DNA of 64,000 nucleotides, from assembly GCA_031362885.1 (NCBI GenBank), contig JANLTJ010000051.1, positions 10,629 to 74,628 of the forward strand, given 5' to 3'. The translations under genes and the position numbers were made by a program. This document shows positions 9,522-19,274 of the stretch, in pieces. Origin of the DNA: Betaproteobacteria bacterium (GTDB lineage Bacteria > Pseudomonadota > Gammaproteobacteria > Burkholderiales > JACQAP01). The notes beneath the pieces are model-generated. The model searched no databases, had not been told where the DNA came from, and was given only the letters and a program-made list of their open reading frames with translations. The stretch's first letter is position 1. The number at the start of each line of letters is the position of its first letter.

Positions 9522-10675
9522 CTGTTTTTCTCGCGCCGCATCGCACCTGAAATCAGTTTGAATTCATACAACCGGCACTCGAGCGCCCCGTTGTAAAGCG
9601 GAGTGCGTTTGGAAGGCGACAGACCGATCAACTTCGGCAGGCGCAGATCGGCGGTAAAAATGTAAGCGCGCCAGCCCGCAAATTTTCGTTTCAGCGCGTC
9701 TCCCAACCGAGGGTAGAAAGCCGCCAGTTCATCCTGCTCGCCGAGCCGTACCCCGTAAGGTGGATTAACCAGCAGAATGCCGGTGGCGGCCGGTGCCGGG
9801 ATTTCCAGCACGTTGGCCTGCTTGAGACTTACGCTGTCGGCAAATCCTGACGCCGCTATGTTTACACGCGCCAGCTTCAAGGCTTCACCGTACAAATCGC
9901 CGCCGAATATCTCCGGCGAGGGATTTGGCATTGGCCGCGCTTGCGCCTCGGCCTTGATCCGGTTCCATGCATCCTCATCGAAGTTGAGCAGCTTTTCAAA
10001 AGCAAAACGGCGATTTGCACCTGGCGCCACGCCGTGGGCGATCTGCAGCGCTTCGATCAGAAAGGTAGCGCTTCCGCACATGGGATCGAGCAGCGGCAAG
10101 TCCGGTGTCCAGCCGGAAAGTTTTAGAATTCCGGCAGCCAGATTTTCGCGCAGTGGAGCCTCGCCAGCAGTCTGCCGAACCCCCCGCTTGAACAATGGAT
10201 CGCCGGAGGTGTCGAGATAGATCGTATAGCGCTCTGCTTCCAGAAAAGCATGGATGCGCACATCGGGTTGCGCGGTGTCCACATCGGGGCGCTTGCCGGA
10301 TTGCGTGCGGAACCGGTCGCAGACCGCATCCTTGATGCGCAAGGTAACGAAGTCGAGGCTGTTGAGCGGGCTGCGTATGGCAGACACCTTCACCCGGATC
10401 GTCAGAGCGACATCGAACCATTGCGGCCAGTCGATCGCGTTGATGCCACGATAGATATCTTCTTCGCTGCGATAGCGGCCTGCGCCAACCTGCCAGAGCA
10501 CCCGGCTGGCGATCCGGCTGTGCAGATTGACGGCGTAGACGAGCGGCAGCGATCCGGAAAAGCTCACTCCGCCTTCGGTTGCCGTGACATCACCTGCGCC
10601 GAGTTGGGTTAGCTCCTGCGCAAGTACCGATTCGAGTCCGCGCGGGCAGGGTGCGAAAAATTGTTCTGTGTTCAA
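9509..10675 (-). CDS. THUMP-domain rRNA methyltransferase (RlmL-like)
   Basis: CPRGLE, THUMP region, EAPLRENLAAG, DPMCGS.T, NPPYG.RL. Confidence 0.88.
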   Translation of the reverse strand: MNTEQFFAPCPRGLESVLAQELTQLGAGDVTATEGGVSFSGSLPLVYAVNLHSRIASRVLWQVGAGRYRSEEDIYRGINAIDWPQWFDVALTIRVKVSAIRSPLNSLDFVTLRIKDAVCDRFRTQSGKRPDVDTAQPDVRIHAFLEAERYTIYLDTSGDPLFKRGVRQTAGEAPLRENLAAGILKLSGWTPDLPLLDPMCGSATFLIEALQIAHGVAPGANRRFAFEKLLNFDEDAWNRIKAEAQARPMPNPSPEIFGGDLYGEALKLARVNIAASGFADSVSLKQANVLEIPAPAATGILLVNPPYGVRLGEQDELAAFYPRLGDALKRKFAGWRAYIFTADLRLPKLIGLSPSKRTPLYNGALECRLYEFKLISGAMRREKNRAEE

Positions 10676-10829
10676 TGGGAGCTATCTGACTGAAATGTTT
10701 CCGCCGGGGCGAAATGAAAAAGGCCAAGAGATACAAAAAACACGGATGTGTGCTTGCGCATCTCCATGCGAGGGCAAATGCGGACGAAGGAACTTTTGAT
10801 CATTCCGGATTTGCACGGACACTTTTGCT

Positions 10830-11225
10830 TTAGAGCCTTAGAAAGACCTCGAATTCGATCCGTTTCCACGGATCGCGGTGCCGGGTCAGGCGGACGATGC
10901 GTGCTTCAAGCTTGTTGCCCCGATCAAGCTGACGCGCGATGGCTTCATTTTCAGCGCGCGGCACGTAGCCGAGCATATGGCCATTCCACTCGACGCGCAC
11001 CGCACGGGCATCGTGTGTGTTTTCGGGTTCGCGCACCAAACTCAAGGCGTCGCCAACCTTCAATTCTTCCCATACGCGTTTGCCTTCGTGAAACTGAAAT
11101 CCCGCGACTGGAGAGTTCTGCACCAGAATGCGCGCAACCGGTGGTGCCGCCTGCGCCTGCAGCGACGCGCACGCACAGGCGCAGATGGCGACGAGAACGC
11201 CCGCTACGCTTCTTGACGGCTTCAG
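10830..11225 (-). CDS. HIRAN-domain protein with predicted signal peptide (probable CTG start)
   Basis: HIRAN motifs VAGFQFH, LVREPENTHDARAV, LGYVPR. The frame extends 34 codons upstream of the GTG to a CTG overlapping the hemJ stop. Confidence 0.8.
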   Translation of the reverse strand: MKPSRSVAGVLVAICACACASLQAQAAPPVARILVQNSPVAGFQFHEGKRVWEELKVGDALSLVREPENTHDARAVRVEWNGHMLGYVPRAENEAIARQLDRGNKLEARIVRLTRHRDPWKRIEFEVFLRL

Positions 11226-11635
11226 AATGGCTGCAATTCCACGAGCAGGATGATCGCGATCAGCACAACAACCGGAAGCTCGTTCAGCCAGCGATAGAAC
11301 ACATGGCCATGTCGATTGCGCTCATGCTTGAAATCGAACATCAGCACGCCGCAGTAGGCATGATAGATCACCAGCGTTGCCACCAGGGCAATCTTGGCAT
11401 GCAGCCAGCCACCCTGGAAACCGTAACTCAGCCACAGCCACAGGCCTGAGCCGATGGTCAAAATGCCGCCTGGTGTCATGATGCCAAAAAATAGTTTGCG
11501 CTCCATGATCTTGAAGCGCTCGCGGCTCGCGGTGTCGTTGCTCAGAGCGTGGTAGACAAACAACCGGGGCAGGTAAAACAAACCCGCGAACCAGGTGACC
11601 ATGAAAATGATGTGAAACGATTTTATCCAAAGCAT
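11222..11635 (-). CDS. hemJ: Protoporphyrinogen oxidase HemJ
   Basis: WIKSFHII...WFAGLFYLPRLFVYH, MERKL, WLHAK, RWLNELP. Confidence 0.93.
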   Translation of the reverse strand: MLWIKSFHIIFMVTWFAGLFYLPRLFVYHALSNDTASRERFKIMERKLFFGIMTPGGILTIGSGLWLWLSYGFQGGWLHAKIALVATLVIYHAYCGVLMFDFKHERNRHGHVFYRWLNELPVVVLIAIILLVELQPF

Positions 11636-11689
11636 CGCGATTTCCTGAATGTCGGCGCTGCCGAAAGCTCGATTGCGTTGCCAACTCGA

Positions 11690-12301
11690 TCAGTCGCGGC
11701 AGTGCCGTTCGACCAGGAGCTGTAGTGTAATCAGGGCGCCATGGAAGAAATGCCCGGCGCCCGGGAATACGACCACCGGCAGGGACTGCGCCCGCGCCCA
11801 GTCAAGCACGTCCCGCATGGGCACGACGTCATCTTCTTCACCGTGCACGACCAGGGTATTGTCGGCAACCTTGCCGACCGGAAATCGTCCCACCGCCGGG
11901 GCGATCAAAACCAGATGTTGCGGAGACAGCGTGCGTGCGGCAGTGGCGGCGATGAAACCTCCAAAGGAGAATCCACCGATGGCAACTTTGCCTTCCCCGA
12001 AAGTTTCGCGTCCATAAGCCGCCAGCGCGAGGAAATCCTCGGTTTCTCCGCGCCCCTCGTCAAACACACCTTCGCTGGCGCCGGCCCCGCGGAAATTGAG
12101 CCGCAGCGCACGGTATCCCAGCGTGACAAAGGCCTTGGCCAGGGTTTGTACAACTTTGTTGTCCAGCGTGCCACCGTAAAGTGGATGCGGATGCGCCAGC
12201 AGCGCAATCCCGCACGGCGGCTGCGCGGGCTCGTTGATCGCGATTTCAAGCTTTCCGGCCGGGCCATCGATGGAAAGCTTTTGCGTGGATCCCGGCCTCA
12301 A
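11690..12301 (-). CDS. Alpha/beta hydrolase
   Basis: HPHPLYGGTLDNKVV, GFSFG nucleophile elbow, GHFFHG; TTG start overlapping the ferredoxin stop. Confidence 0.88.
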   Translation of the reverse strand: MRPGSTQKLSIDGPAGKLEIAINEPAQPPCGIALLAHPHPLYGGTLDNKVVQTLAKAFVTLGYRALRLNFRGAGASEGVFDEGRGETEDFLALAAYGRETFGEGKVAIGGFSFGGFIAATAARTLSPQHLVLIAPAVGRFPVGKVADNTLVVHGEEDDVVPMRDVLDWARAQSLPVVVFPGAGHFFHGALITLQLLVERHCRD

Positions 12302-12606
12302 ATGCGCAGTCGCTCGACGACGCGCCCGTGGATCAGATGCTCCTCGATGATCTCGTCGATATCGTCGCGGTCGACATAGGTGTACCAGACTTCCTCGGGA
12401 TAGACCACGATTACCGGCCCTTCCTGGCAACGATCGAGACAGCCGGCCTGATTGATTCGCACCTTACCCTTGCCGGAAAGAGCGAGAGCTTTGATTTTCG
12501 ATTTGGCGTAGTCGCGCATTTCCGGTGCATCGTGATCCGCGCAGCAGGCGTCCCCGTTCTGGCGCAGGTTGCAGCAAAAAAACACATGATGCTTATAGAA
12601 ACTCAA
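12298..12606 (-). CDS. Thioredoxin-like [2Fe-2S] ferredoxin
   Basis: HVFFCCN..C, AGCLDRC.EGP..VVYPE.VWY. Confidence 0.92.
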   Translation of the reverse strand: MSFYKHHVFFCCNLRQNGDACCADHDAPEMRDYAKSKIKALALSGKGKVRINQAGCLDRCQEGPVIVVYPEEVWYTYVDRDDIDEIIEEHLIHGRVVERLRI

Positions 12607-12645
12607 GAGGCCATCCTTTTTTTGTTCAAATCGGCATCAGGTTGA

Positions 12646-12999
12646 TTATAAGCCGGCATCCGCCGGGTACTTGCGCGCATTCAGCCCGATCTTTTCCCGC
12701 GCCGCGCTCGCCATGTCGATGCCGAGCACGTCCGCCAGTCTGACCAGGTATAACAGCACATCGGCGATTTCAAGCGCGACTTCGTGGCGGGTGGAAGCGT
12801 CCAGATCGGCGCTTTGCGCCGGGCTCAACCACTGGAAATGCTCCATGATCTCGGCCGCCTCAATAGCCACCGACATCGACAGGTTTTTCGGATGATGGAA
12901 CTGTTCCCAGTTGCGCTCGGCGGCAAAACGCCGCAGGCGCTCGCGCAGATCGTCGAGGCTGTCGGCTGGCTGGGTCGAGGTGGGGTTTGTTGTCCTCAA
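12646..12999 (-). CDS. MazG-like (RS21-C6/DCTPP1-type) nucleotide pyrophosphohydrolase
   Basis: FAAERNWEQFHHPKNL, EAAE, EIADV, K..N..KYP; probable TTG start at 12999. Confidence 0.88.
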   Translation of the reverse strand: MRTTNPTSTQPADSLDDLRERLRRFAAERNWEQFHHPKNLSMSVAIEAAEIMEHFQWLSPAQSADLDASTRHEVALEIADVLLYLVRLADVLGIDMASAAREKIGLNARKYPADAGL

Positions 13000-13013
13000 G
13001 GGAAGGCCCTTCT

Positions 13014-14132
13014 TCAGTTGACTGACGTTCCCGCATCGCGACGGTCCGCCGTGTTCCGGTTGAGAAATAAAAGGTACCCAAACACCATCAAAGGCCAAAG
13101 CGATGACAGCAATTCGGTCATCGCATTGAACCGAAGGAACTGCCCGCCCTGAAAAACCTGCAATGCCGCGGCGAGATAGGGATTCTCCGGCGCGATATTG
13201 ACCAGCAGGAACCCGCCGGCAATACAAACGCCGGCCGCACGCGCTGAACTGACCGGAGGGCGCCGGGCCAGCAACAGCCACAGCATCATTCCTGCGGCCA
13301 ATCCCAGCATGGATCCGGGAGTTAACCACAAGCCGGGGTCACCGGGAACGAACAAGGCCATTGATGCGATGGTTTTTAGCATCAGCGCCGCCAGCATTGC
13401 CGCCGCAACCGAGACCGCGGTGGCGGCGAATGACCGGGTGATGGATCCGATCAGAAACCCCACGCCGGCAAAGTTTAGCGCCGCGATGCCGGCTTCCAGG
13501 AGAACATAAGTGCCGGAGGAATACTGCAATCCAATGTTGGATGGAATCAGGTGGCGTAGATCGCCGTTTCCGAACAACCAGATTTTGGCGTTGAATTGGG
13601 TAACCAGCCAGAGAGCTAGCAACAGCAAGGCAAGATCAGTGCGCGCACCCGCCTGGAAATGGTTCTTGCGCAGGCGATGCAAGTTCCCGGACAACAGCCA
13701 GTGCTCGCCCCACACGCGTGCCGCCGCGCAACCCCAGAGCGCACCGATGGAATTGGTCAGAACGTCGACGTTTGAGGAGACGCGCATCGGCTGATAGGCC
13801 TGGGCAAATTCGATCGTCAGGCTCAACGCGGTTCCCGAGGCAAAACCCAATGCCACCGCCAACCAGGGCGGCAGAACACCCATCCAGATCAGGGTCAGCA
13901 ACAGGCCAATTGGAAAGTAGGCCAGAACATTGAGCACAATATCCGAAGCGGTGATATAGGACGGCCAGCCGGCGAGCAGGAATTGCGTCGCGTCGTCGTT
14001 CGGCACACGCCAATCTGCGAAGGGATACAAACTGGCATACACCACGAGCAGAAGGTAAGCTAGGCCTAGGTAGCTAACCAGTCGGGAGCTGCGCGCGTAG
14101 CGCCTGGACACAAAAGGAAATGAAGTGCTCAT
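13014..14132 (-). CDS. VanZ-family multi-pass membrane protein
   Basis: YASLYPF, D..LNVLAYFPIG, SL.IE..Q.Y.P.RVSS.VDV..N; many TM segments. Confidence 0.82.
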   Translation of the reverse strand: MSTSFPFVSRRYARSSRLVSYLGLAYLLLVVYASLYPFADWRVPNDDATQFLLAGWPSYITASDIVLNVLAYFPIGLLLTLIWMGVLPPWLAVALGFASGTALSLTIEFAQAYQPMRVSSNVDVLTNSIGALWGCAAARVWGEHWLLSGNLHRLRKNHFQAGARTDLALLLLALWLVTQFNAKIWLFGNGDLRHLIPSNIGLQYSSGTYVLLEAGIAALNFAGVGFLIGSITRSFAATAVSVAAAMLAALMLKTIASMALFVPGDPGLWLTPGSMLGLAAGMMLWLLLARRPPVSSARAAGVCIAGGFLLVNIAPENPYLAAALQVFQGGQFLRFNAMTELLSSLWPLMVFGYLLFLNRNTADRRDAGTSVN

Positions 14133-14183
14133 GTTGTTGGGCAGCGTGCCAAACCGGGAAGGGCAACGGATGGACGGCACAAT

Positions 14184-15170
14184 TTGAGATTCTATGACAT
14201 CTTCAACGGCGACGCCGACGGCCTGTGCGCATTGCATCAATTGCGCCTTGCCGAACCCAGGCAGGCCACGCTGGTAACTGGAGTCAAGCGCGACATCGGA
14301 TTGCTGGCGCGGGTGTCGCCCCAGGCGGGCGATATGCTCACCGTACTCGATGTTTCGCTTGATACTAATCGGGAGGCGTTGCATGACGCGCTGAACAGCG
14401 GGGCTCATGTGCGCTACTTCGATCACCATTACGCCGGTGAGATTCCGCACCACCCTCGGCTCGAATCGCATATCGATACTTCGGCGGATATCTGCACCAG
14501 CCTGATCGTTGACCGATATCTCGAAGGACGCTTTCGAGCCTGGGCGGTAGTGGCGGCATTCGGGGACAATCTTCGCGCCCGGGCGTATTCCCATGCGGCA
14601 ATGCTTGGTATGACCGGCTCCGATGTCGGGATGCTGAGGGCATTGGGCGAAGCCCTGAACTACAACGCCTATGGAGAAAGCATCGGGGACCTGCTTTTTC
14701 ATCCGGAGCAGCTGTACCGGCGCATGCAACCCTACGCGGATCCTCTGGCGTTCTGCGCGCAGGCACCGGAACTTGATCAGTTGTGCCATGCCAGCGCCGA
14801 TGATCTGGAGAGGGCGTCGGCGTTACCGATCGAGAATGCGGGCGATACAGCGGTTGCGGTATTCCTGCCGGAGGCGCCGTGGAGCCGGCGGGTTGCCGGT
14901 ACGTTTGCCAACGAATTGTCGCGGCAACATGTTGATCGAACGGTGGTCCTGCTGGTGCGCAGGGGCGCGGGTTATCAGGTCAGCCTGCGCGCCCCGGAGC
15001 ACGGTGCCGCGCCGATGCATCTGTTGGCGCGACAGTTTGAATCGGGTAACGGCCGGACCAGATCCGCCGGCATTCAGTTTTTGCCGGAGAAAGATCTGGC
15101 GAGATTGTTTGCATTGTTGCGAAATTCCGGCGTTGACCGCGCGGTGGATGCGCCAGAGGATCACGCCTGA
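14184..15170 (+). CDS. DHH-family phosphoesterase-like protein
   Basis: NGDADG, VLDVS, YFDHH motifs; DHHA1-like C-terminus (VSLRAP, SGNGR..SAG). Confidence 0.75.
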   Translation: MRFYDIFNGDADGLCALHQLRLAEPRQATLVTGVKRDIGLLARVSPQAGDMLTVLDVSLDTNREALHDALNSGAHVRYFDHHYAGEIPHHPRLESHIDTSADICTSLIVDRYLEGRFRAWAVVAAFGDNLRARAYSHAAMLGMTGSDVGMLRALGEALNYNAYGESIGDLLFHPEQLYRRMQPYADPLAFCAQAPELDQLCHASADDLERASALPIENAGDTAVAVFLPEAPWSRRVAGTFANELSRQHVDRTVVLLVRRGAGYQVSLRAPEHGAAPMHLLARQFESGNGRTRSAGIQFLPEKDLARLFALLRNSGVDRAVDAPEDHA

Positions 15171-15177
15171 TCCGGCA

Positions 15178-15206
15178 CGCGGGAAGCGCAAGCCGCGCTT
15201 CCCGCG
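15178..15206. terminator. 12-bp GC hairpin between convergent genes (terminator or REP-like)
   Basis: CGCGGGAAGCGC-AAGCC-GCGCTTCCCGCG; no U tract. Confidence 0.45.
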
Positions 15207-15221
15207 CTGTAGGGACGGAGA

Positions 15222-16277
15222 CTACTTTGCCTTGATTTCGGTCCAGATGCGGTTGAGCAACTGACGCTCTTTCTTGCTCATGTCTTTCGATTGCTCCAGG
15301 CGCTTGGCGGTTTCCGCGTCGGGAAACACGGCCGTGATCGACTTGATCTCGGGTTTGATGTGCTTCATCGCTTCGCTGTTCGGGTTTCCCGAGCCGGTGA
15401 TGTTGGTGAGCCCGGCGGAATTTTTGCCGTCCATCATGAAGTTAATGAACTGGTGCGCGAGATCGGGCCGCGGCGCGGTCTTGGCAATCACCATGGCATC
15501 CAGTGCCAGCACGGCGCCTTCCTTGGGCAGGGCGTGGCGGATGCGGAATTTTTGTTTGGCTTCCTGAGCGCCGGCGTCGGCGCCGAAAATGTCGTTCGAG
15601 AACCCGTGCACTACCCATAGATTTCCAGCCGCGAGTTCCTTGATGTAACCCTGCGACATGAAGGCTGCCCAGTACGGTTTGGCTTTGAGAATGGTCTCCT
15701 TGGCCTGCTGCCAGTGTTTGGGATCGCGGTCGTTTATCGAGTAGCCCAGATACTTGAGCGCGGCGGCCATCAATTCGTCCTGGCTGTCGTAGACGGTGAC
15801 TTTGCCTTTGATCTTGGCCAATATCCTGGGATCGAAAATCACCGCCCAGGAATCAACCGTAATGCCAAGCTCCTTCATTTTCAAATCGTTGTAACCCAGC
15901 AGCGTGATCGACATTGCGTAAGGGGCCGAGAACTGGTTGCCGGGATCGAATTCGGTGTTCTGGTACGCCGGCATGATGTTCTTGAAGTTCGGCAGCTTCG
16001 CCTTGTCGAGCGGTTGCAGCCAGCCGGCCTTGGCCATGCCGGCGACGTAATTCGAGGTCGGGATCATCACGTCGTAGCCCTTGGCGCCGGCGGCGAGTTT
16101 GGCCAGCAGTTCCTCGTTGGCGCCGTAATAGTCCTGCACCACTTTGCATTTGCACTGGACTTCAAAGCGCTTGACCGCGTCGGGATCAATGTAATCGTTC
16201 CAGTTGTACAGATGCAATTCGTCCGAGGCGATTGACGGCAGGCTGGCTAGCAACAGCAGCGACAACAGTTTTTTCAT
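15222..16277 (-). CDS. potD: Spermidine/putrescine ABC transporter substrate-binding protein
   Basis: Signal peptide, LHLYNWNDYI, NEELLAKL, GYDVMIP, PKEG, AHQFINF. Confidence 0.85.
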   Translation of the reverse strand: MKKLLSLLLLASLPSIASDELHLYNWNDYIDPDAVKRFEVQCKCKVVQDYYGANEELLAKLAAGAKGYDVMIPTSNYVAGMAKAGWLQPLDKAKLPNFKNIMPAYQNTEFDPGNQFSAPYAMSITLLGYNDLKMKELGITVDSWAVIFDPRILAKIKGKVTVYDSQDELMAAALKYLGYSINDRDPKHWQQAKETILKAKPYWAAFMSQGYIKELAAGNLWVVHGFSNDIFGADAGAQEAKQKFRIRHALPKEGAVLALDAMVIAKTAPRPDLAHQFINFMMDGKNSAGLTNITGSGNPNSEAMKHIKPEIKSITAVFPDAETAKRLEQSKDMSKKERQLLNRIWTEIKAK

Positions 16278-16384
16278 GGTCTCCCTCCGAGGAAAAGTAA
16301 AAGAAAACGTATGGCAAAGGAAGTATTGGGCAATCGAGGCTTTATCGTCCAGTGCTTTCTGATGATCGGTATCGGAACCTGCTT

Positions 16385-17158
16385 TTAGCGCCCTTTCAGC
16401 GCGTCCGGCGAGAGCTTCATCGCGATCATGATCAGCACCAGCGTCAGCAGCATCAGCAAGGTTGACACCGCGTTGACCTCCGGTGTGACCGCGATTTTCA
16501 CCATGGTATAGATCTGCAAGGGCAAGGTGGACGATCCCACGCCTGCGGTAAAGAACGTGATGACGAAATCGTCTATGGAAAGGGTAAATGCCATCAGGGC
16601 ACCCGCAACGACTCCGGGCATGATGAGCGGCAAAGTCACCAGCCGGAAAGCCCGCCACGGGGTGGCGCCCAGGTCGCGCGCGGCCTCGGTCAGGCTTTCA
16701 TCCATGCCGGAGAGCCGCGAGCGAACGACGATGGCGACAAAGCCGATGCAGAAAGCGATGTGCGACAGAATGATCGAGACCATGCCCAGCGTCAGGTTGA
16801 GCATTACGAAAAATATCAGCAGCGACACGCCCATGAGGATTTCGGGTATCGCAATCGGTGCCAGCACCAGCACCGGCAGCAGCCGGGTTTTGAAACGGTA
16901 CAGCGCATAACCGGCCATGGTGCCAAGCAGCGTCGATACGGCGCTGGTCACCACGGCAATAACCAGCGAATTCCACGCTGCACCCAGCATTCTTTCGTTC
17001 TGGAACAGCTTCTGATACCAGGCAAACGTGAAGCCCGTCCATTGCGCATTCAGGCGCGATTCGTTAAACGAATACATCACCACGATGGCGAGCGGCGCAT
17101 ACAAAAATACGTAGGCAGCGACGGCGGCGCCCCAGAGCCAGGCCGGGCGGCGGTTCAT
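16385..17158 (-). CDS. potC: Polyamine ABC permease
   Basis: FLYAP..YSFN, EAARDLGA, TLSIDDFVIT, PEVNA. Confidence 0.9.
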   Translation of the reverse strand: MNRRPAWLWGAAVAAYVFLYAPLAIVVMYSFNESRLNAQWTGFTFAWYQKLFQNERMLGAAWNSLVIAVVTSAVSTLLGTMAGYALYRFKTRLLPVLVLAPIAIPEILMGVSLLIFFVMLNLTLGMVSIILSHIAFCIGFVAIVVRSRLSGMDESLTEAARDLGATPWRAFRLVTLPLIMPGVVAGALMAFTLSIDDFVITFFTAGVGSSTLPLQIYTMVKIAVTPEVNAVSTLLMLLTLVLIMIAMKLSPDALKGR

Positions 17159-18045
17159 ACGCGCGAGCGCCTTCCCACCCAGGCCGCCAGGCCGGCGAGT
17201 GCGATCGCCATCACCGTCAACACCATGGACAGCACGCTGCCAAACGGCCAGTCGCGGGTATCGAGAAACTGCTGCTTGATGACATTGCCGATCATGATGC
17301 CTCCGGTGCCGCCGAGAATATCGGGAACGGCAAACATGCCCAGCGCGGGAATGAAAACCAGCGCGGCCCCGGCGTAGACGCCGGGCAGGGACAGGGGGAA
17401 GGTCACGCGCCAGAAGCGCTGCCAGCCGTTGGCGCCGAGGTCCTGCGCGGCATCAAGCAACGCGGGATCGTGCTTTTCCAAATTCGCGTACAGCGGCAAC
17501 ACCATGAATGGCAGATGCACGTAAACCAGCCCGACAATGACCGCGAAGGGGGTATAGAGCAGCGCCAGGGGTTCGATGCCAACCCAGCCAAGCATGGCAT
17601 TGAGAGCGCCGACGAAGACCGACTGCGGCCCGAGAATGATGATCCAGGCGTAGACGCGAATCAGGAAATTCGACCAGAACGGCAGGATCACCAGCAGCAC
17701 CAGGAGGTCGCGGTGTTTCTGCGGGCTGCGCGCAATGAGGATCGCCAGCGGATAGGATATGACCAGACAGACCAGCGCGGTAATCGCCGCATAGGCCAGC
17801 GACTTCAGGAACAGCGCGGTGTAGAGAAAGTCAGAGAAGAAGCGCGCGTAACTTTCCGTGGTGAGGTCAAGTTTGCGTTCGCCCTCGAGGTCGCTGAAGA
17901 TTGGCGCCAGTCCGCCGAAATCGCCGGGATTGCGCACCGAGGCCACCACCATGATCAGCACCGGGATAGCGAAAAAAAACAGCAGATAGGCGAGCGGCGG
18001 GCCGCCTATCAGCCATCTGTGCACCCGGTTATCGCGCAGCGCCAC
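17155..18045 (-). CDS. potB: Polyamine ABC permease
   Basis: LPFWSNFLIRVYAW, LPFMVLPLY, AAQDLGA, RDWPFGS. Confidence 0.9.
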   Translation of the reverse strand: MALRDNRVHRWLIGGPPLAYLLFFFAIPVLIMVVASVRNPGDFGGLAPIFSDLEGERKLDLTTESYARFFSDFLYTALFLKSLAYAAITALVCLVISYPLAILIARSPQKHRDLLVLLVILPFWSNFLIRVYAWIIILGPQSVFVGALNAMLGWVGIEPLALLYTPFAVIVGLVYVHLPFMVLPLYANLEKHDPALLDAAQDLGANGWQRFWRVTFPLSLPGVYAGAALVFIPALGMFAVPDILGGTGGIMIGNVIKQQFLDTRDWPFGSVLSMVLTVMAIALAGLAAWVGRRSRV

Positions 18046-18055
18046 GTGTTACGTG

Positions 18056-19141
18056 TCAGTCATTGAGAAAGTGCCCGGCGTCGTAGCGCCAGCCCACCTG
18101 CACTTTGTCGCCATCTTCGAAGAACTTGGCGCGCCCGGCGGCGGAGTTTGGCAGCAGGGCCTCAACGCGTTTGCCCCCATCCAGTTCCACGATGTACACG
18201 GTGACGTCGCCCAGATAAAGCCAGTCGTGAACCGTGCCGGAAAATATGTTGAAACCCTCGGCGGCCGGCAACTCCCGGGCGATGGCCACTTTCTCGGGGC
18301 GCAAGGCCAGCACACCGGCCAGACCCGGTGCGTCGTTATCCAGGTTGAGCGCCGAAACGGCGCCGATGCCGGCCAGATCCACGCTCATGCGCTCGCCGTC
18401 GCAGGATCTGATCTCGCCGTCGAACAGATTGCATTGACCAACGAAATCGGCGACGAATCGATTCTTCGGATAGCCGTAAATGCGCGTGGGTTCGTCTACT
18501 TGCTCGACGCAGCCCTGATTCATGACCGCGATGCGATGCGATAGCGCCAGCGCCTCCCCCTGGTCATGCGTCACGTAGACGAAGGTGATGCCGATTTCGC
18601 GTTGCAGATTGATGAGTTCAATCTGCACTTTTTCCTTCAGCTTGGCATCCAGCGCGGCGAGCGGTTCGTCGAGCAGCAGCAACTTTGGCCGGTTGATGAG
18701 CGCCCGCGCCACCGCGACGCGCTGCTTCTGCCCGCCGGACAATTCGCTGGGGTAACGCTTGTTCATGCCGGTCAGGCGCACGTCTTCCAGGGTTTCCTCG
18801 ACGCGCGCAGCGATTTGCGCCGGATCGGTGTTGTGCATCTTCAGCGGGAAGGCGACGTTCTGCTCCACCGTCATGTGCGGGAACAAGGCGTAGTTCTGGA
18901 ATACCGTATGGATGTTGCGCGCCTCCGGCGGGATGCCGGTCATATCCCGGCCATCGAGCACGATCTGCCCGCCGTCCGGGGCATCGAAACCGGCGATCAT
19001 GCGCAGCAGTGTGGTCTTGCCGCAACCCGAGGGGCCGAGGAGGGTGAAGAACTCGCCCGCCTCGATACTGAGACTGACGTTGTCTACCGCGGTGAAGTCA
19101 CGGAAACGCCGGATGACGTTGCGAATCTCGAGAAGTGCCAT
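18056..19141 (-). CDS. potA: Polyamine ABC transporter ATPase
   Basis: GPSGCGKTT, LSGGQKQR, LLLDEP, VTHDQ; TOBE-like C-terminus. Confidence 0.92.
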   Translation of the reverse strand: MALLEIRNVIRRFRDFTAVDNVSLSIEAGEFFTLLGPSGCGKTTLLRMIAGFDAPDGGQIVLDGRDMTGIPPEARNIHTVFQNYALFPHMTVEQNVAFPLKMHNTDPAQIAARVEETLEDVRLTGMNKRYPSELSGGQKQRVAVARALINRPKLLLLDEPLAALDAKLKEKVQIELINLQREIGITFVYVTHDQGEALALSHRIAVMNQGCVEQVDEPTRIYGYPKNRFVADFVGQCNLFDGEIRSCDGERMSVDLAGIGAVSALNLDNDAPGLAGVLALRPEKVAIARELPAAEGFNIFSGTVHDWLYLGDVTVYIVELDGGKRVEALLPNSAAGRAKFFEDGDKVQVGWRYDAGHFLND

Positions 19142-19247
19142 CCCCCGCCCTGTGGTCTGCCGGAACTTTGCGAAGGCGCAATTCTAGCAACGGGCTGAAT
19201 CTGATGGGCAAAAGTTTTACCCGGGGCTTGAGTCATCAGCGTTGCCC

Positions 19248-19274
19248 AAAAAAAGCGAGCCTTGAAAGGCTCGC
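19248..19274 (-). terminator. Intrinsic terminator of the OprP-like porin gene
   Basis: GCGAGCCTT/AAGGCTCGC stem followed by T7 on the minus strand. Confidence 0.8.

Noticed and set aside
10676-10829. Intergenic region with CACGGA/GCGGAC-like short repeats
   Set aside because: Too degenerate to define an element or ncRNA.
13014-14789. 591-aa version of the VanZ ORF
   Set aside because: The N-terminal extension is antisense to the DHH gene; the real start is probably 14132.
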